Shown here: positions 49,186-63,471 of the stretch, piece by piece
How the letters are laid out: every line of letters starts with the position of its first letter
Numbering within the stretch: the first letter of the stretch is position 1
Assembly: GCF_020745735.1 (NCBI RefSeq)
Contig: NC_083416.1
Coordinates: forward strand, 69,837,131 to 69,901,130
Origin: Hemiscyllium ocellatum
Taxonomy: Eukaryota
Reading direction: 5' to 3'
Length of the DNA stretch: 64,000 bases
The notes under the pieces: generated by a model
Seen by the model: the letters and a program-made list of their open reading frames with translations, nothing else
Told to the model about the DNA's origin: nothing
Database searches by the model: none
Program-made: the position numbers and the translations under genes

Positions 49186-51386
49186 GCATATTCCCAGCAA
49201 TATCACAGGGCAACTGCACCAGCAATGTTTCTTCCCTCTGGGAGACGAGATGAAAATACCACAGCTGTAATGCTAATAGGGCTAAAGGGTTAAACCAACA
49301 TCCTGAAGAGGAAATGTCATGGCCCAAATTGTTAACTTCGTAACAGGGTCGTAACTATCATATCAGCTCTGGCCTTCACATATCATAAACTCAGCATTTC
49401 CTGTATGAGGAGAGCAGGTGTTAGGATGACAGGAACACAGGTAGGTGGTCTGGCCGCTGGCATCTCCCCATGCCTCTATTAAGGTTTGATCACAATGGCC
49501 TTTTGTCACAAAGCTTATCATCTCCATCAGAAGCTGAAGAGACCGTTAGAGCGTCTCTGTGTGATTGCCTAAGGCCGGCTGGGGCCTTAACCTTTTTGCC
49601 ATCCCACGCTGTTTACAGGAAAGCACTTATTAAGCTTTTTGAGCTCCAGTTGCTGTGAAATTTCAAATACACTCTTGTTTGTTGTGCGACTGAATCATTT
49701 GGGACAATTTTGTTACCCGCTTGCATTGAATTTAATTGAATTTGACATGTGCTTTATTCATCAAATGAAACATGAAACGTCATTGTAGATTCATCTCCTC
49801 CCTGGGACTCTGCACTGGACAAAGGGAGAGAGAAAGAAAGAAAAAGAAAGACAGGAAAAGACAGAAAGTGGAAAAATTAATGATCGAGATAAGCAGAAAA
49901 TGAGAGTGAATGAAAAGCAGTGTGCAAAAGAGAAAAAAGTAGAACAGTTAAGAAAGAGGAACAGAGGGAAATTGTAACATTCAGGAGATTACAGATTCCA
50001 CATGCAACATCCCACACACAAAAAATATCAAACTTGCTTGTTTATTGGAAGAAATAAAAGCTGACAGTGCAGGCTACTAATTCTAAGTCTGTTGGAAAGA
50101 TTAGCTCAGAACGGATGAAGCTGAGATATCTGATCTTATTAAAATGGTTTTACATCACACCATCTCAGCCTCAATGACCAAAATTTACCTTCAAAGTAAT
50201 TTCTGAAGGAGAAACACAATAGTTTTAATATGATCTCATTTCATTTCATGAATGCAGAATCATTTCTAAGAGGTATGTTTTCACTTGCGTCTTTCTTGTG
50301 TCATAATGGGCAAGGTTTACAAGCTAATCAGCTATGTCCCCATGTATTTTCAATACTGTATCTTCGGTCATCTTCCATTCTGCAACCAGTCACTACATGG
50401 GGCTCAGTAGCTGAATTCAGCTCATGGCATTGCACAGGCTAAGCCAAATTCAATCCTGGATCTTATTCGGCTATCTGGACCAATGAGAGTGCTAAAAATT
50501 AAGACTATGTTTTGTACAATTCCACCTTAGAGTAGGAAATCACAACCACAACCACTGTTCCATACTAGATCCATGTGTACCTATACAGAGGGAAGATAAG
50601 ACAGAATCTGGTTTGGTTCCTAACATACTAAATGATGTTCAAATAGTGTGTTGACCTTCAGCTTTCTAAGCCCATCTGCAAGGAACATCTTTTCCAATAC
50701 TATGAACGCAACTTTAACCTAAACCCCCTCCCCATTAGGGAGCAAATGAAATCAACTTTTTTTTCTTTCGGACCAGCCGGTTTTATTCTCTATTGAGGAT
50801 CATGAATAGTTTGTTGGGAGGGTTGGAAAATGATTGTTTTCGGATTCTATTGGTTTAACAGGCCACTGCATAAAGTTAATATTACTTCATTCCCCCATCC
50901 CACTTTAAAGCTATTGGCATTCAAGAGTACCTCAGTGACCCCTGTCAAGCAGGATAGGCAAAGAGTAGAATAAATTCAGATAAAGAGCATGAAAGAACTA
51001 TATTCAATAGAGAGGTGGGTGGGAGAATGGAGATGATGGTTGGGGATATCACCATCAACCCATTCCTAGGCTTAAAAATGCACAACATAAATATAAACAA
51101 GACAATCTAGCAGGACTCACTGGACAATAATCAGAGACAACTCTTTTAATACGGTACCGTGGGAGTGTTGGAGGTGCTGTCTGTTAGATGGAGCATTAAT
51201 TCAGATGAATACCTGTGGCTCCATTGCATTATTCAAAGATGATCATGGGATTGAGTTCTTGTAATGCTCTGCCCAACATTTCACCCTTAACCAACTAAAA
51301 TAAAATGGATTAATTGGTCACTCAGCTCATTCCTCTTTCTGGGACACCCTGCAAGCAATTTGGTCCTGCATTTCCCCACTCTTCAA

Positions 51387-52401
51387 GGGTAATGGATGGG
51401 ATTGATGATGATTTTGTGGTTTGGATCAGAAATTGGCTAGCTGAAAGAAGACAGAGGGTGGTGGTTGATGGGAAATGTTCATCCTGGAATTCGGTTACTA
51501 GTGGTGCACAGCAAGGATCTGTTTTGGGGGCACTGCTGTTTTTCATTTTTATAAATGATCTGGATGAGGGTGTTGAATGGTGGGTTAGTAAATTTGCGCA
51601 TGACACTAAGGTTGGTGGAGTTGTGGACAGTGCCAAAGAATGTTGTAGGTTACAGAGGGACATCAGAGGTGGCAAATGGAGTTTAATGTGGAAAAGTGTG
51701 AGGTGATTCTCTTTGAAAAGGGTAACAGAAACAAAGAGTACTGGGTTAATGATAAGGTTCTTGGTAGTGTGGATGAGCAGAGAGATCTCAGTGTCCATGT
51801 ACATAGATCCCTGAAAGTTGCCACCCAGGTTGAGAGGGTTGTAAAGAAGGCATATGCTGTGTTAGCTTTTATTGGTAGAGGAATTGCATACAGTTCTGTT
51901 CACCACTTTATAGGAAGGACATGGAAGATTTGGAAAGGGTTCAGGGGAGATTTAGAAGGTTGTGAATGACATGGAGGGAAGGTCTTATGAGGAAAGGCTG
52001 AGGGACTTGAGGCTGTTTTCGCTAGAGAGAAGAAGGTTGAGAGGTGACTTAATTGACATGTGTAAAATAATCAGAGGGTTAGATAGTGTGGACAGTGAGA
52101 GCCTTTTTCCTCGTTTGGTGATAGCTTGCACAAGGGGATATAGTTTTAAATTGAGGGGTGATACAATTAGAACAAATGTCAGAGAAAGTTTCTTTATTCA
52201 GAGAGTAGTAGGGACATGGAACATACTGCCTGCAACAGTAGTAGACTCGTCAACTTTAAGGGCATTTTAATGGTCATTGGATAGCCATATGGATGAAAAT
52301 GGAATAGTGTAGGTTAGATTAGCTTCAGATTGGTTCAATAGGGCAACGCAATATCAAGGACCGAGGGGCCTGTACTGCACTATAATGTTCTATGTTCTAT
52401 A
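51387..52401 (+). mobile_element. HER1/CR1 LINE 3' portion, directly following a Deu-SINE relic (about 51150-51385)
   Basis: WIRNWLAERRQRVVVDG, QGSVLG.LLF.IFINDLD, SKFAHDTK; tail ttctatgttctat. Confidence 0.93.
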
Positions 52402-53204
52402 ATCTCCAAACAGCTTACCTGCACAAACCTCCAATCACACTTGCCCTAAATGTAGCAGAGTCCATGGTTCAAAGATCTCTCAGAAACCCAGTGGAATTGT
52501 GGAGGGAAGGTAATTCATCCCCAACATGAGGCACAGGCTAAGACAAAGCGAAGAACTATTTTTAGAGCAATTCATGATGACTCACACACAAGATAAGTTT
52601 CATTCTGTAAAAGTTGAAATACTCAAAATGAATTTTGTTTGATTCTGATACATTTGCACCACTGACTTGTTGAAAACTCATTGATTTACACGGCATCAGC
52701 AAAAAGAAGGAGGGGAAAATAATTTATTTTTTACACATTCCATTGAGTCAGTTCCCTCCTGTGGAAAATCAACAACCGAAACAAGACGGATCTGCTGATT
52801 GTGGCAATTAAATTCAAACATTAGGATTCGGGCCTGTGCTGAGATCTAACCAAATCATCCAAGCTTCAACATCAGAGCCTAAACATTACTAATCGTGATT
52901 GTATTGCTGGACTGCTTAACATTCTTTACTCCGCCATTTCAGTGCAAGCGTTACAACTTTCATTTTAAATGCTTTCATCAGAAGATGCTTTTCAGTAAAA
53001 TAATGTCATAGAAATCAATTAAGTTACATTACCAGCAGTGATTTTTTTTAAAATATGTTTTTCTTTCAATTTCGTCTGGTGATGCATTTCCTAAGATTGT
53101 CTGTTCCTTCAGTTTTCGAAAAAAGAATGAATTTGAATGTTTCACGTTCACAGCTCACAGTGTAAATTGTAACATTCAATTATTTGTTTTCAGGCAATTC
53201 CTCC

Positions 53205-53320
53205 TTCAGCTTCTAAAGAAAGGTCACTGGACACAAAACGTTAACTCTGCTTTCTCTGCACAGGTGCTGCCAGACCTACTGAGGTTTTCTGATTTCCAGC
53301 ATCCACGGTTCTGTGGAATT
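53205..53320 (+). mobile_element. Decayed PLE-tail fragment (HHR family 3)
   Basis: ttctaaagaaaggtcactggacacaaaacgttaactctg...gctgccagacct. Confidence 0.65.
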
Positions 53321-53699
53321 TTTTTATTCATCCCTTGTCTCTTCTTGACTTTAAGCCATGATCCAACTCAGGCTGGCACTAGTTTGCTCAAATAAGCATT
53401 GCAGCAACAGTCATTGCCCTTCCCTGAGTTATTTTTGCATCACATGGCTTCTTTCAGAAGAACAATGCGATCACACTTTCTCAACCATGTTCCTATTTCT
53501 CTTCTCATAAGTAAGGAATAGGAATAGGAAACATTTAGAGGGACTCAGGCCAAACACAGGCAAGTGGGACTAGTTTAGTTTGAGAAATTTGGTCGGCATA
53601 AACTAACTGAAAGGTTTGTTTCCTTCCTGTATAACTCCAAGGCTCACTGAAGAAGTGAATAGATGAGTTCTTTGGAGGTTTGTGTGTTCACTTTGATGC

Positions 53700-53990
53700 C
53701 TTCCCTTCACCTCTGCACATTCTGAACAGTTCTTTCAATGTGGCCTTCCCAGCTGAGCCTTCTATATTTCAGCCGGTGATGAACAGCAGCTCCCAAGAGA
53801 TGGTGGAAACGTCTAACCTCTTCAGGATGGTTTAAGGATACCCCTAACGTGCTTCCATTGACCACCTGAGAGCATTCCATTGCAACTAAGTTCAATGTAG
53901 AGCCGTTGCTTCAGAGGTCTAGTCTCAGGCATACTAATAACATTTCCTGCCCAGAGGAATTACGTTTGAGTGATTACGTCTTTGACAAGT
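53700..53990 (-). mobile_element. RTE-clade LINE C-terminal relic
   Basis: Minus strand approximates WAG.V..MP.TRP.K....L.....GGQ....K typical of the RTE ORF end. Confidence 0.5.
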
Positions 53991-54479
53991 TGGCTTGTGA
54001 GAGGCCACTACCAATGGACTATCCTTGTTGCCACTGATAGTACATCATCAGTCCTTTGTTGATGCCTGCTCTTAAATGCCTTCTTGGCAATGATGGATGG
54101 GCAATAAATGCTGGCCTGGCAATGACACCTCATCCTGTGAATGATTAAAAAGTAAGATTCTTTCCTGTTCTAAAAGGAGGAACTGAACCAGATGGATTTT
54201 TACAACAACAGCTGTACAGTTGCCGCTGGCTTTTTAATTTCAGGTTTTTATTAAATTCAACTTTCACTATCTTTCGTGATGGAATTCAATCCAGTGTCCC
54301 CAGCTTCTTAACTCACAGCTCTGGATTACTTGTTCATTGATATTGCCACTACAACAACACCATTTGATGATCACTGGGATGTGTGTCAGCATCTTGGGAA
54401 TAATGGCCTCCTATAGGTCTTAAAGAATAAAATTCAGCAAGAACATGAAGAAGAAAAAGTTCCTTACAGCTTAGACTAG

Positions 54480-55340
54480 AAGGGACTAGGGCAGATTTTA
54501 GACAGGAGTAAAGTGAGTTCAGCTGAGGTGAGGTCAAAGGAAAAATGGACACAGAACTGGAAAACAACAGTGGGAATTAATAAAGGTAATTGCAAAACTA
54601 CAGACTAGGCACGTTCCATTGAAAAAGAGGAAGCTGGTGTTTTGCTTACCTTGTCACAGATAAATGAAGAAATTAGAAACCATTCAAAATGTATATGAGG
54701 ACTACAAAAGTGTGATGAAATGGTAAGATATCAACAATGGGATAAGGAATACTAAACAGGACTACGTGGAAGAAATTCCAAAACAAAAACCCAAAAGGAA
54801 CATTAAAGGTTGATTCAGTGTGAGGAGATTTGTTAAAATGAAACTGGGAGTTTCTGAAAGAGGATTGTCAAATTTTAGATGATGATCAAAATATGTAACA
54901 GGCATTTAATGAGAGCATTCTATCAGTTTTTATCAAAGGGAACAATATTGGTGATGAGTTGTATCCTGATGTGGTGGCGAGTTCAGTGAGTGATGGTAGA
55001 GTGAAATGTTTTTAGATGATTAATTTAACCTGATGGAAAACAAAGTGCCAGAGCTTGCCAGGAAACATCCTAGGATTCTGAACTACATAAGGAAGAAAAT
55101 TGTCGATACCTAGAAATTACTTCAAGGCTCTATTATTGACTGTGGTTGTCTGCCATGGGGTTGGAGAAAAGACAACTTGGTACCCACTTTTTTTAAAACA
55201 AGAGAGACAGATCTAATCTGGTAATTAGAAGCCAGTTAGTTCAACATTGGTAGTAGAAGAAATGTTATAATCTCTAATTAAGGATAAAATTACCACACAT
55301 GGCGATAAAGAGAAAATAATTAGAAACACCATCACAGAAA
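54480..55340 (+). mobile_element. Ancient CR1 ORF2 relic
   Basis: Degenerate KSPG...HPRIL (aaacatcctaggattctg), W...N.VPLF.K (ttggagaaaagacaacttggtacccacttttt) and GNYRPVS (ggtaattagaagccagttagt). Confidence 0.6.
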
Positions 55341-57999
55341 AAGAATTATTTTATTTGCTCATGGGATGTGGACATTGCAGGAAAGGCCAGCATTTAATGC
55401 CTACACTAAATGTCCTTTAGAAGGAAGTGGTGTTTTGCCTTTTTGAAGCATTGTAATTCATGTGGTGCATCTATTCCTACAGTACTATTAAGTCGGGAGG
55501 TCTATGATTTTAACCTAGCAACAATGAAGGAACAGTGATAAATTTCCTAATCAAATGTCATATGCTTGCTGAGAAATTTTCAGGTCTTGGTGCTTCCAAC
55601 CACAGAGTAGAAGTCAGCATGACCATGGTTAATAACACTCGATCAGCTACAGACATCTTGAACTTTTAATTACAAGACATGGCTATTTAAAGATCTTACA
55701 GGCAAAAAAAAACACAGTAAATTTAACGGTTCTCGGAAACACCGAGAGAGAAAGAAAGAGAGACACCCTGGAATGTCACACCTGACGAGCTGTCAAAGAA
55801 GTTTCAAAGGGAGAAGTGCATTACAAACCGAACTGTAATCCCCAGTGAGTATCTCAGAATGCAAGCATAATGGTGAAAAAGACGGTAGTCTGGATATGCG
55901 ATATATGTATGTTTTCCCCATTTCATGAATACACAGGGACAGAGGTTAACATAGCCTTCGTGATCTGGTGTCTTAATGTGTGGAGTCACATCTTTGAGAA
56001 TAGCCATTAAACTCCATTACAGTTAAAGAAAAGACTATCTCTCACATTGAATGCTGTCAGTAAGTCACAAGCTGAACAGAAGCAGGGGAAAAGAATTCCA
56101 ATCCGCCTGCCAAGAATCTGAAAATCGACTATTCAACTTCCAACATGAATATCAATTGTAACCATTATTCTAATGACCACAATGTTCTACTATTGAATCA
56201 TCGCAAATGACTCATTGATGACCCATTTCTCTTTATCAATTTTTATCATCTTTTGAACTCACTTCTGATTCTTACTCTGCGTGTATGCATGTCTTGCTGC
56301 ATGTCCATATGGATTGCTTCAGCATCTGAGGAGTTATAAATGGTACTGCGCAATGCATATTCTTCACTTCAGACCTTGTGTTAGACAGAAAATAATGATG
56401 AAGCAGCTGGTGATGGTTGAGCCTAAGTCACTATCCTGAGAAATTCCTGCAGAGGTGCCCTGAGCCAGAATGATTGACCTCCAACAAACAAAACTGTCTC
56501 CCTTTCTGCTGGAATGACACCAGCTCAAGGATAGCTTTCTCCCAATTTCCAGTTGCTTCAATTTTATGAGGGTTCCAATCAAACATTGCCTTGATATCTG
56601 TCGTGTAGGTAAGGGTTCTGAAAAAGTTAATGTTGAAACTGCATTAAGCTCCACTCAATAGAATGATGTCATGCAGTTTGAGAAGAAGCTGCCTAACATG
56701 AGGTCTTGAAGGAGAACAAATATAGCAGTTGTAGCTCCTGGTGGTCTCTCTCTAATTATATCTGACTAATTAATGTAAGCTGTACTTATTGCTGTTGTGT
56801 AAGAAACTACATCTTGTTGGATAAAGCAAGTCCCTCTTCTTGTTAAGATTCAATAGTAGTTTATTCTGTTTTTCTGCTAATTAGATACACCCTTAGAGAC
56901 AGCTAATTAGGACTCTTGGAGAGCAGCGAATGTGCTCTTACGTTTCAGCCAGGAGCTGCTACAGAGGTGTGTAATAACATCTCTCAACAGGTTGATTCAA
57001 AAACATTTGACATGTTTAGTTGGCCTGGCCTATACGTAACTGATTCCAGAACCACAGCAAAGTTTTAACTACCCTCTGAAATGATTCTGCAAGCTAATCA
57101 GTTCAAGGACAGTTAGGGATGGGTTACAAATGCTGATCTTCTTAGCAATGGCACATCCCGTCAACAAAAAAAAGTACAGTGACTGTTGCATATTAATGAT
57201 CAAATAGCAAAGAGAAATTTTCACTTAAGATTACTTTAAAAACATACTCTTATAGCACAGTGGCAGTGTCATAGAGATCAACAGCACAAATAAAGGCCCT
57301 CCACCCATTGAATCTGTACTGGTCAAAAACAAGTACCTAACTTTTAAAGTCTCATTTTCCAGGACTTAGCTCATAGCCTTGTATGCCTTGGGATCACAAG
57401 TGTACATCTAAATATGTCTTAAATGCTTTGAGGGTTTCTGCCTCTGCCACCCTTCCAGGCAGTGAGTTGCAAATTCCCACTATCCTCAGAGTGAAAGAAA
57501 CTTTGATCTCTGTGGAACCTCACTGGACATAGGCTTCCAATTCACTATAACACCCCTCAATCATCACCCTCGGCTTCCTGCCACAGAGCCAGTTGTGGAT
57601 CCAATTAGCCAAATTCCCTTAGATTCCATCACAGCATTCAAATCCTACCAGCTCCAGAAGTGTGTAACAGCATTTCTGAATGAGTTGATCAGAAATATCC
57701 AGAAGGAACAATTTATTTCCAGCTGTTGTGGTGCCATGGTAGTGTTGCTATACCTGGACCAGAAGATTTGGGTTTGTCTCATCTTAAAATGTGATGGCCG
57801 TGCATGAACTTCATAACTTGTTGATATCAAAGTTATATTTTTTGAAAAAAAAAGCACTGGCTCAACTGCGAGCCATCAGAGTGGTTCTATACAAAATGAC
57901 AAAGTCCAGGTCGGTAACTCAAGCCTCACAACTATTATTCAGCACTTTTTGTCTATTCTTGAACCAAAGTTATAATGAGGATTGGTTCTAAGTGACCCT

Positions 58000-58790
58000 G
58001 TCTTATCAATCGGTCATCAGATTATTGGTGAGAGTTACTGGACAACACTGTCAGTGGCACCTTGCTGATGACTGAGAATAGACTGATGGGACAATAATTA
58101 GAGCATGTAATTAGGGAAATGGAAGTGGATTATGTATGGGTTAGAAAAGAAAAATGAGACTAGGAGTTATGAGTTCAGAATAGTCAAAAGTGAGTGGTAG
58201 TTCAATTGTAGGCCTGTAGTTCAATTGTAGGCCTTTTCTATCCACACTTAAATTAATGATTTGCATATTAGCTTAGAAGGGAATATGTTGAAATTTTCTG
58301 ATGATATCAAAATAAAACCATTTACTAATTCTTTAGGAAATAGAGGAAGCTTCAAAGAGAAAATGATAAGATGGAGGGATAAGGTAAAATAAAATGACAG
58401 AAAGCAATTTATGACAGTAAGTGTGAAGTGAAACATTTTGATTTAAAAAAAACCATAACAATAGCAGTAACTATATTCTGGATGCAGGATGGCTATTGCT
58501 GTCAAAGAACAACGAGATTTGTTAGGTTGAGCTACACAAGTAGCTGATAAGGCAGAAACAACAAGAAAATAAAATTTTAGAATTAGCACAAGGTTTAAAA
58601 TTTAAGAACCAAGGAGTGTTTTTTGTACAGTATATTTCATATACATATATATATATATATATAAAATATACTAAACTAAACAGTGTCCAGAATTTTGTTC
58701 TAGACTATTGGAAAGGTATTGCGGATTTAGAAATGGCACAATGTAAATTTGCTAGGATGCTACCTGGTGAAAAGAAACACAAAGGTGGAA
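58000..58790 (+). mobile_element. Ancient CR1 ORF2 relic
   Basis: attaatgatttg, aaattttctgatgatatcaaaata (KF.DD.K), aaatttgctaggatgctacctgg. Confidence 0.55.
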
Positions 58791-58839
58791 GCCTTAGCAG
58801 GAAAGTTCAATCTCTGAAGTCAAATGTAAGCCAGAATAG

Positions 58840-59065
58840 TTAAGGATTGCAGTTTTCTTCCCTGAAGAACATTAGCGATCCAGATGGGCTTCTCTTGACA
58901 ATCAGCGGTGACTTCATGGCCATTGTTAGACTCAATTCCAGATGTTTACTGAATTCAAAGTCCTCCATCTGCTGTGGTGGAGTTTGAACTCAGGTCCACC
59001 AGAACATTACCTGGGTCTCTAAATTAGTCATCTGGTGATAATACCTCTAGGCCATCATCTCCCCT
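58840..59065 (-). mobile_element. tRNA-derived SINE (family of 33628)
   Basis: cttccctgaagaacattag, ccatctgctgtggtggagtttgaactcagg, ataatacctctaggccatcatctccc. Confidence 0.75.
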
Positions 59066-61309
59066 GCCTCCTACTATCAAGAGCAAACAGTACTACTTTC
59101 CAACAATGCATTGAACAGTGAAATGAGATTCTCACTGGTGAGCGATGAGAAACCTTTCACATTCCTTGACATGGTCATTATTATGTCCTCTCATCTCATA
59201 GATACATAGTGTCACATTCTCCCGACCAGACAATTCTCAATATGAAAGTTAGAGTGAGTTACCTGGCAACTCCAACTCCACCAGCATCTCAGGGCATGCG
59301 CCATCGGCAGTCACCAGATGCACCCTCCATTCAACAGGTCCCATTGGCAAAGCTAGGTGCCAATTACTCTGTCTGACATGTCCAAGACAAACAAAACAAG
59401 ACAGCCAGTGCTTGACCCGGGTACATGGCTGAGATTTAAATATGGCACTCGCACCTGGAATCCCAAATGTCCTGGCATTTGGCCAATGCTTCTGCCCATA
59501 GCAAGTGGGAGAATACAACAAGTGAGGCATCGTGGGGCATGGTCCATAAATAATGAGGCGAGAGTGGGAAGATAGCGCAGGAAACTCCATTAATGCACGT
59601 GAAGAGAAACTCTCCCCAAAGCTTGCTAAAATGGCCATTTATATGATCGTTGGTAAGATTCGTCCCAAAGAAACAATTGAAATTTTTGGTTGAGATTAAA
59701 ACAATTAAAATAATTGTATTATATGATAGAAATATTTAAAGTATAAGACAATGCAACAGGAAAAATAGAAGCAGCCTGATTACGGGACTTTTCAGATCAA
59801 GAATGAAGGTCATAGGCATATGAACAACTAAACTATGGTTTAATATCTAAATTTTTAAAAAATGTTTCTGAACAGTTACTTTTCTTCCAAAGTTAATGGT
59901 TTAAATAAAAATAATGTTAATATTCAGATTCCAAAGCTTTGCAAGTTAATGGTTTAGATAAAAATAGCCTTAAAATTCAAGATAGTTAGATGAAGAATAG
60001 GGGTATTAAGTGTTATGAAAACAAGATAAATGTGCTTAGTCTCTGTAAATTTACAGTCATCAAAACTCTGCTGCCAATGATCTAACTTATACCAAATCTT
60101 ATTATATTAAAGATGCTATATAAATACAAGCTGTTGTTGCAAATATTAACAGGGGACATTTGGGCCAAATGTTTGCATATGGTAACGTATAAGGATTACC
60201 ATATATTTCCTATATATTTCAAAGTGAAGATTTTGACAAAGCTCAGTTCTAGACTCAAATATCTCCCTCCAGAGTCATTGTAGCTCCTGGGGATGCTATT
60301 CTAATGTACTTCCAACTTGCTTGCCTGTTTTCATAATAGAAATGTTTGCCTTTGTTTTATAGCTTGGAGACGGGAGATGGAAAGGAGAGTAAAAAAGGTT
60401 TGCTCTGAAATGTGGTATTTGCTTTGTGTTTTGTTTAATTTTTCTTGGCTTCTGCACAAGTCTTCCTCTTTGAGCACTCCAACCAATTCACAACTTTGCT
60501 TCACTGTATTACTTCTTGCAACAAAATTGCACATTAATTCAACCAAAAGCATTTGAGACGTAAAGGCAGATTTATGGGTATTTTATATTCAAACTGATTA
60601 GAGGTGTTATTATGTATCTCTGAAGCAAGTGAGACTTGAACCTAGGCCTCCATAGCACAGAAATAGGGACACCACGCCTGCACCACAAGAACTCAAGCAT
60701 GAACCCAGCCCTACTGGTTAACACAGATTTAGAATTCATATAAAATAGCCTTTATAATGAAAACCCCATATTCCTGAGCATCACTACTTTCTATTCGTTG
60801 AGCTGAGACATGTTACCATCCACTAGGGTCTCGCATGGATGCCTGAAACCGAATGGAACTTGGGAATATGTGATAGGTTAGGGATAATTAGGTGCATAAA
60901 TATGGGAAACAAGTAATCAGTGTTGTGGGAATTTGTCGTGTGCAAACTAGAAATAAAACTAGAGAAGTAAATACCGGGACTCTGTCTAGTCAGCATTTTA
61001 ATCTTCAGCATTTAACAACACCCCTGACACATTTGTTTATACAACAATAATTAGTCACGCTCTGCAGCTCCTCATATACACTCACAAATCTTTGTTTGAG
61101 ATCCCCAATTAGTCAAAAATAATTTGCCCATCTATGGCTTCTCTCTACACTGAGACATGCCTGAAAGAACTTCACCAAGTCAGTGAAGAAAGGGGTACAC
61201 ACTAAACAATAAGGACAGGAGAAAGGACAACAGAGTGATTACCAGACACTGGCTGCTTTTGTAGGCAGAGAAGGTGGCAAAGTAGAGATGTTGAGAGAGG
61301 AGGTCTGGA

Positions 61310-62200
61310 GGGTCATTTAACATACTTATGGCTGATCATCTATGTCAATGAAATATTCCCACTCTGTCTCCATACCCCTTGATGTCTTCAGTCTCTAGAA
61401 ATATATTTCTTTCTTAAATGTATTCAATGATCAGATTTCCACAGCCTTCAATGGCAGAGAATTCTGCAAGTTCACCAACCTCTAAGAGAGAAATTTCTCC
61501 CCATCTCAGTCTAAAATGGCCTACTCCATATCCTGAGAATGTGATGACCTCTTTGGACTTCACAGCCAGGGAAACATCTCTTCTGCAATCAGTCTTTCCA
61601 GGTCTGTCAGCATTTTATACATTCCAATGAGATTGCCCTCCCATTTTTCTAAACTTTAGTGAATACAGACCTAGTTGACCCATGCTCTCTTCATATGACA
61701 ATACTGCCATGTCATGAAACAGTCTGGTGAACCTTCATTCCACTCTGTCCACGGAAAGTATACTTCCCTTAGGTAAGGAGATCAAAACTGCACACAAGTG
61801 TGATCACACCCAAGCCCTGTATAGCTGCTGTAAGACTTCCTTTCTACTGTAGACAAACCTTGCAATGCAAGATGATATGACATTTGCCTTCCTAATTGCT
61901 TGCCACCCTTGTGTGCTTGTTTTCAGTGGTTGGTGTGTAAGGACACCCAGGTACCTTTGTACATCAACATTTCCGAATCTATCACTATTGCCATACGTTT
62001 GTTCACTCCCTCAACTTGTTCAAATTATCTTAAAGCCTCTTTACTTACCTCCTCATCATTCACAATTCTACTTAATACTGTGTCATCAGCAAATCTGGAA
62101 ATATTACACTTGATTCTCTCATTCAAACTGTTGATGCATATTGTGATTAGCTGGGTCCCAAGCACTGATGACCATGGACCTCATAAGTCATCATCTTCCA
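61310..62200 (-). mobile_element. Decayed CR1 LINE 3' fragment
   Basis: tctggtgaaccttc, aggagatcaaaactgcacaca, gtgtcatcagcaaat (minus strand FADDT). Confidence 0.75.
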
Positions 62201-62289
62201 GACTGAAAAAGACCTGCTATTTTGCTAAACAACTCTTAACTCCAGCCAATCCCAAGTCAGGTTTTGCGACATATGGATATTAACTACTT

Positions 62290-63090
62290 TAGTACCTGAG
62301 GAGTTGGGAATGGTGCTAAACGTTGCATAACCACAAGTGAACTTTCCCCTCTGTCCTTATGATGAGGGGAATGTCACCATGAAGCAGCTGAACTACTCTG
62401 AGGCACTCCAGCAACAAAGTCCTGGCACTGAGATAATTGACCTTCAACGTCCACCAGTATCTTCCTCTGACTTGGATAGGACTCCAACCAGTGAAGTATT
62501 TGCCTCGACTTCCCATTGGCTTCAGTTTAGCAAGGGTTTCTTCGTGCCCAATGTGGTCAAATGCAGCCCGGATATCAAAGGCAGTCACTCTCGTCTCACC
62601 TCTAGAATTCTGCTCATTTATCTAATTTTGAATCAAGACTGTAATCAGGCCAGGAGCTGAATGGCCCATGATGAGCCCAAATGGAGTGTCCATCTGCAAA
62701 TTATTGTTAAGTAAGTGCTGCCTGATAGGATGATTGACAGCCTCTTTTGTCAGATCTAGCGTAAAAAATTGGGGCAGTAATTGGGTTGTTTGGATTCCTG
62801 ATTTTTGTGGACAGGGGCCACATTAGTAGGTAAGCATAAGTATCGTGGTTGCAACAAAGTATCTTGGCTAGGGGGACAGCTAGTTCTAGAGCAAATATAC
62901 AGTACTGCAGCCAGAATATTTTCAGAATCTTTGGAGTATTCAGATTTCAGACATTTCTTGACGTCACATGCAGTGAATCAAACTGGAGGAAGAACAGCTC
63001 CGTAATGCTGGGCACCACATGAAGAAGCTAAGATGGATCATCCACTTAGCACTTCTGGCTGAAACTGTTTGCAAATACCGTCGTCTTCTC
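62290..63090 (-). mobile_element. Decayed CR1-like LINE RT fragment
   Basis: Minus-strand AFDIRAAFD.I.H..L..KL motif. Confidence 0.7.
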
Positions 63091-63471
63091 TTATGCTCCT
63101 CATAAAGGGATGAATACAATATTTGTGTAGTCTCCCTCTCTGTTTTGAGTTGCTGGGTTTACTGAAGATTTCTGGAAGTGTGCCATTAAGGTAATGTTAG
63201 CAATGACTTCAATGATCTTAGGCTAAGGAGGGATACATTTAGCATGATGTTGGTTCCACATTACTAACAGCATTCAAATGATGTTTTTAGTAAAGTAACT
63301 TTGATCCTTTGTCAGAAGGTTTACCAGGACCTTTGGAACATAACTGCACTTTCCAGGAGAAAATTAGAACAAAGAGAAAGTTGAATTATCTATCATACAT
63401 CCCAGCTTGGAGCAGAGATGAAGGCAAACTGAGGTGATTGAATGCAGAACTCGCTACTTCTGACCTCAATG

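Noticed and set aside
59100-59670. Possible non-autonomous DNA transposon
   Set aside because: Only one plausible terminus (ggtaagattcgtccc); no matching TIR or TSD could be verified.
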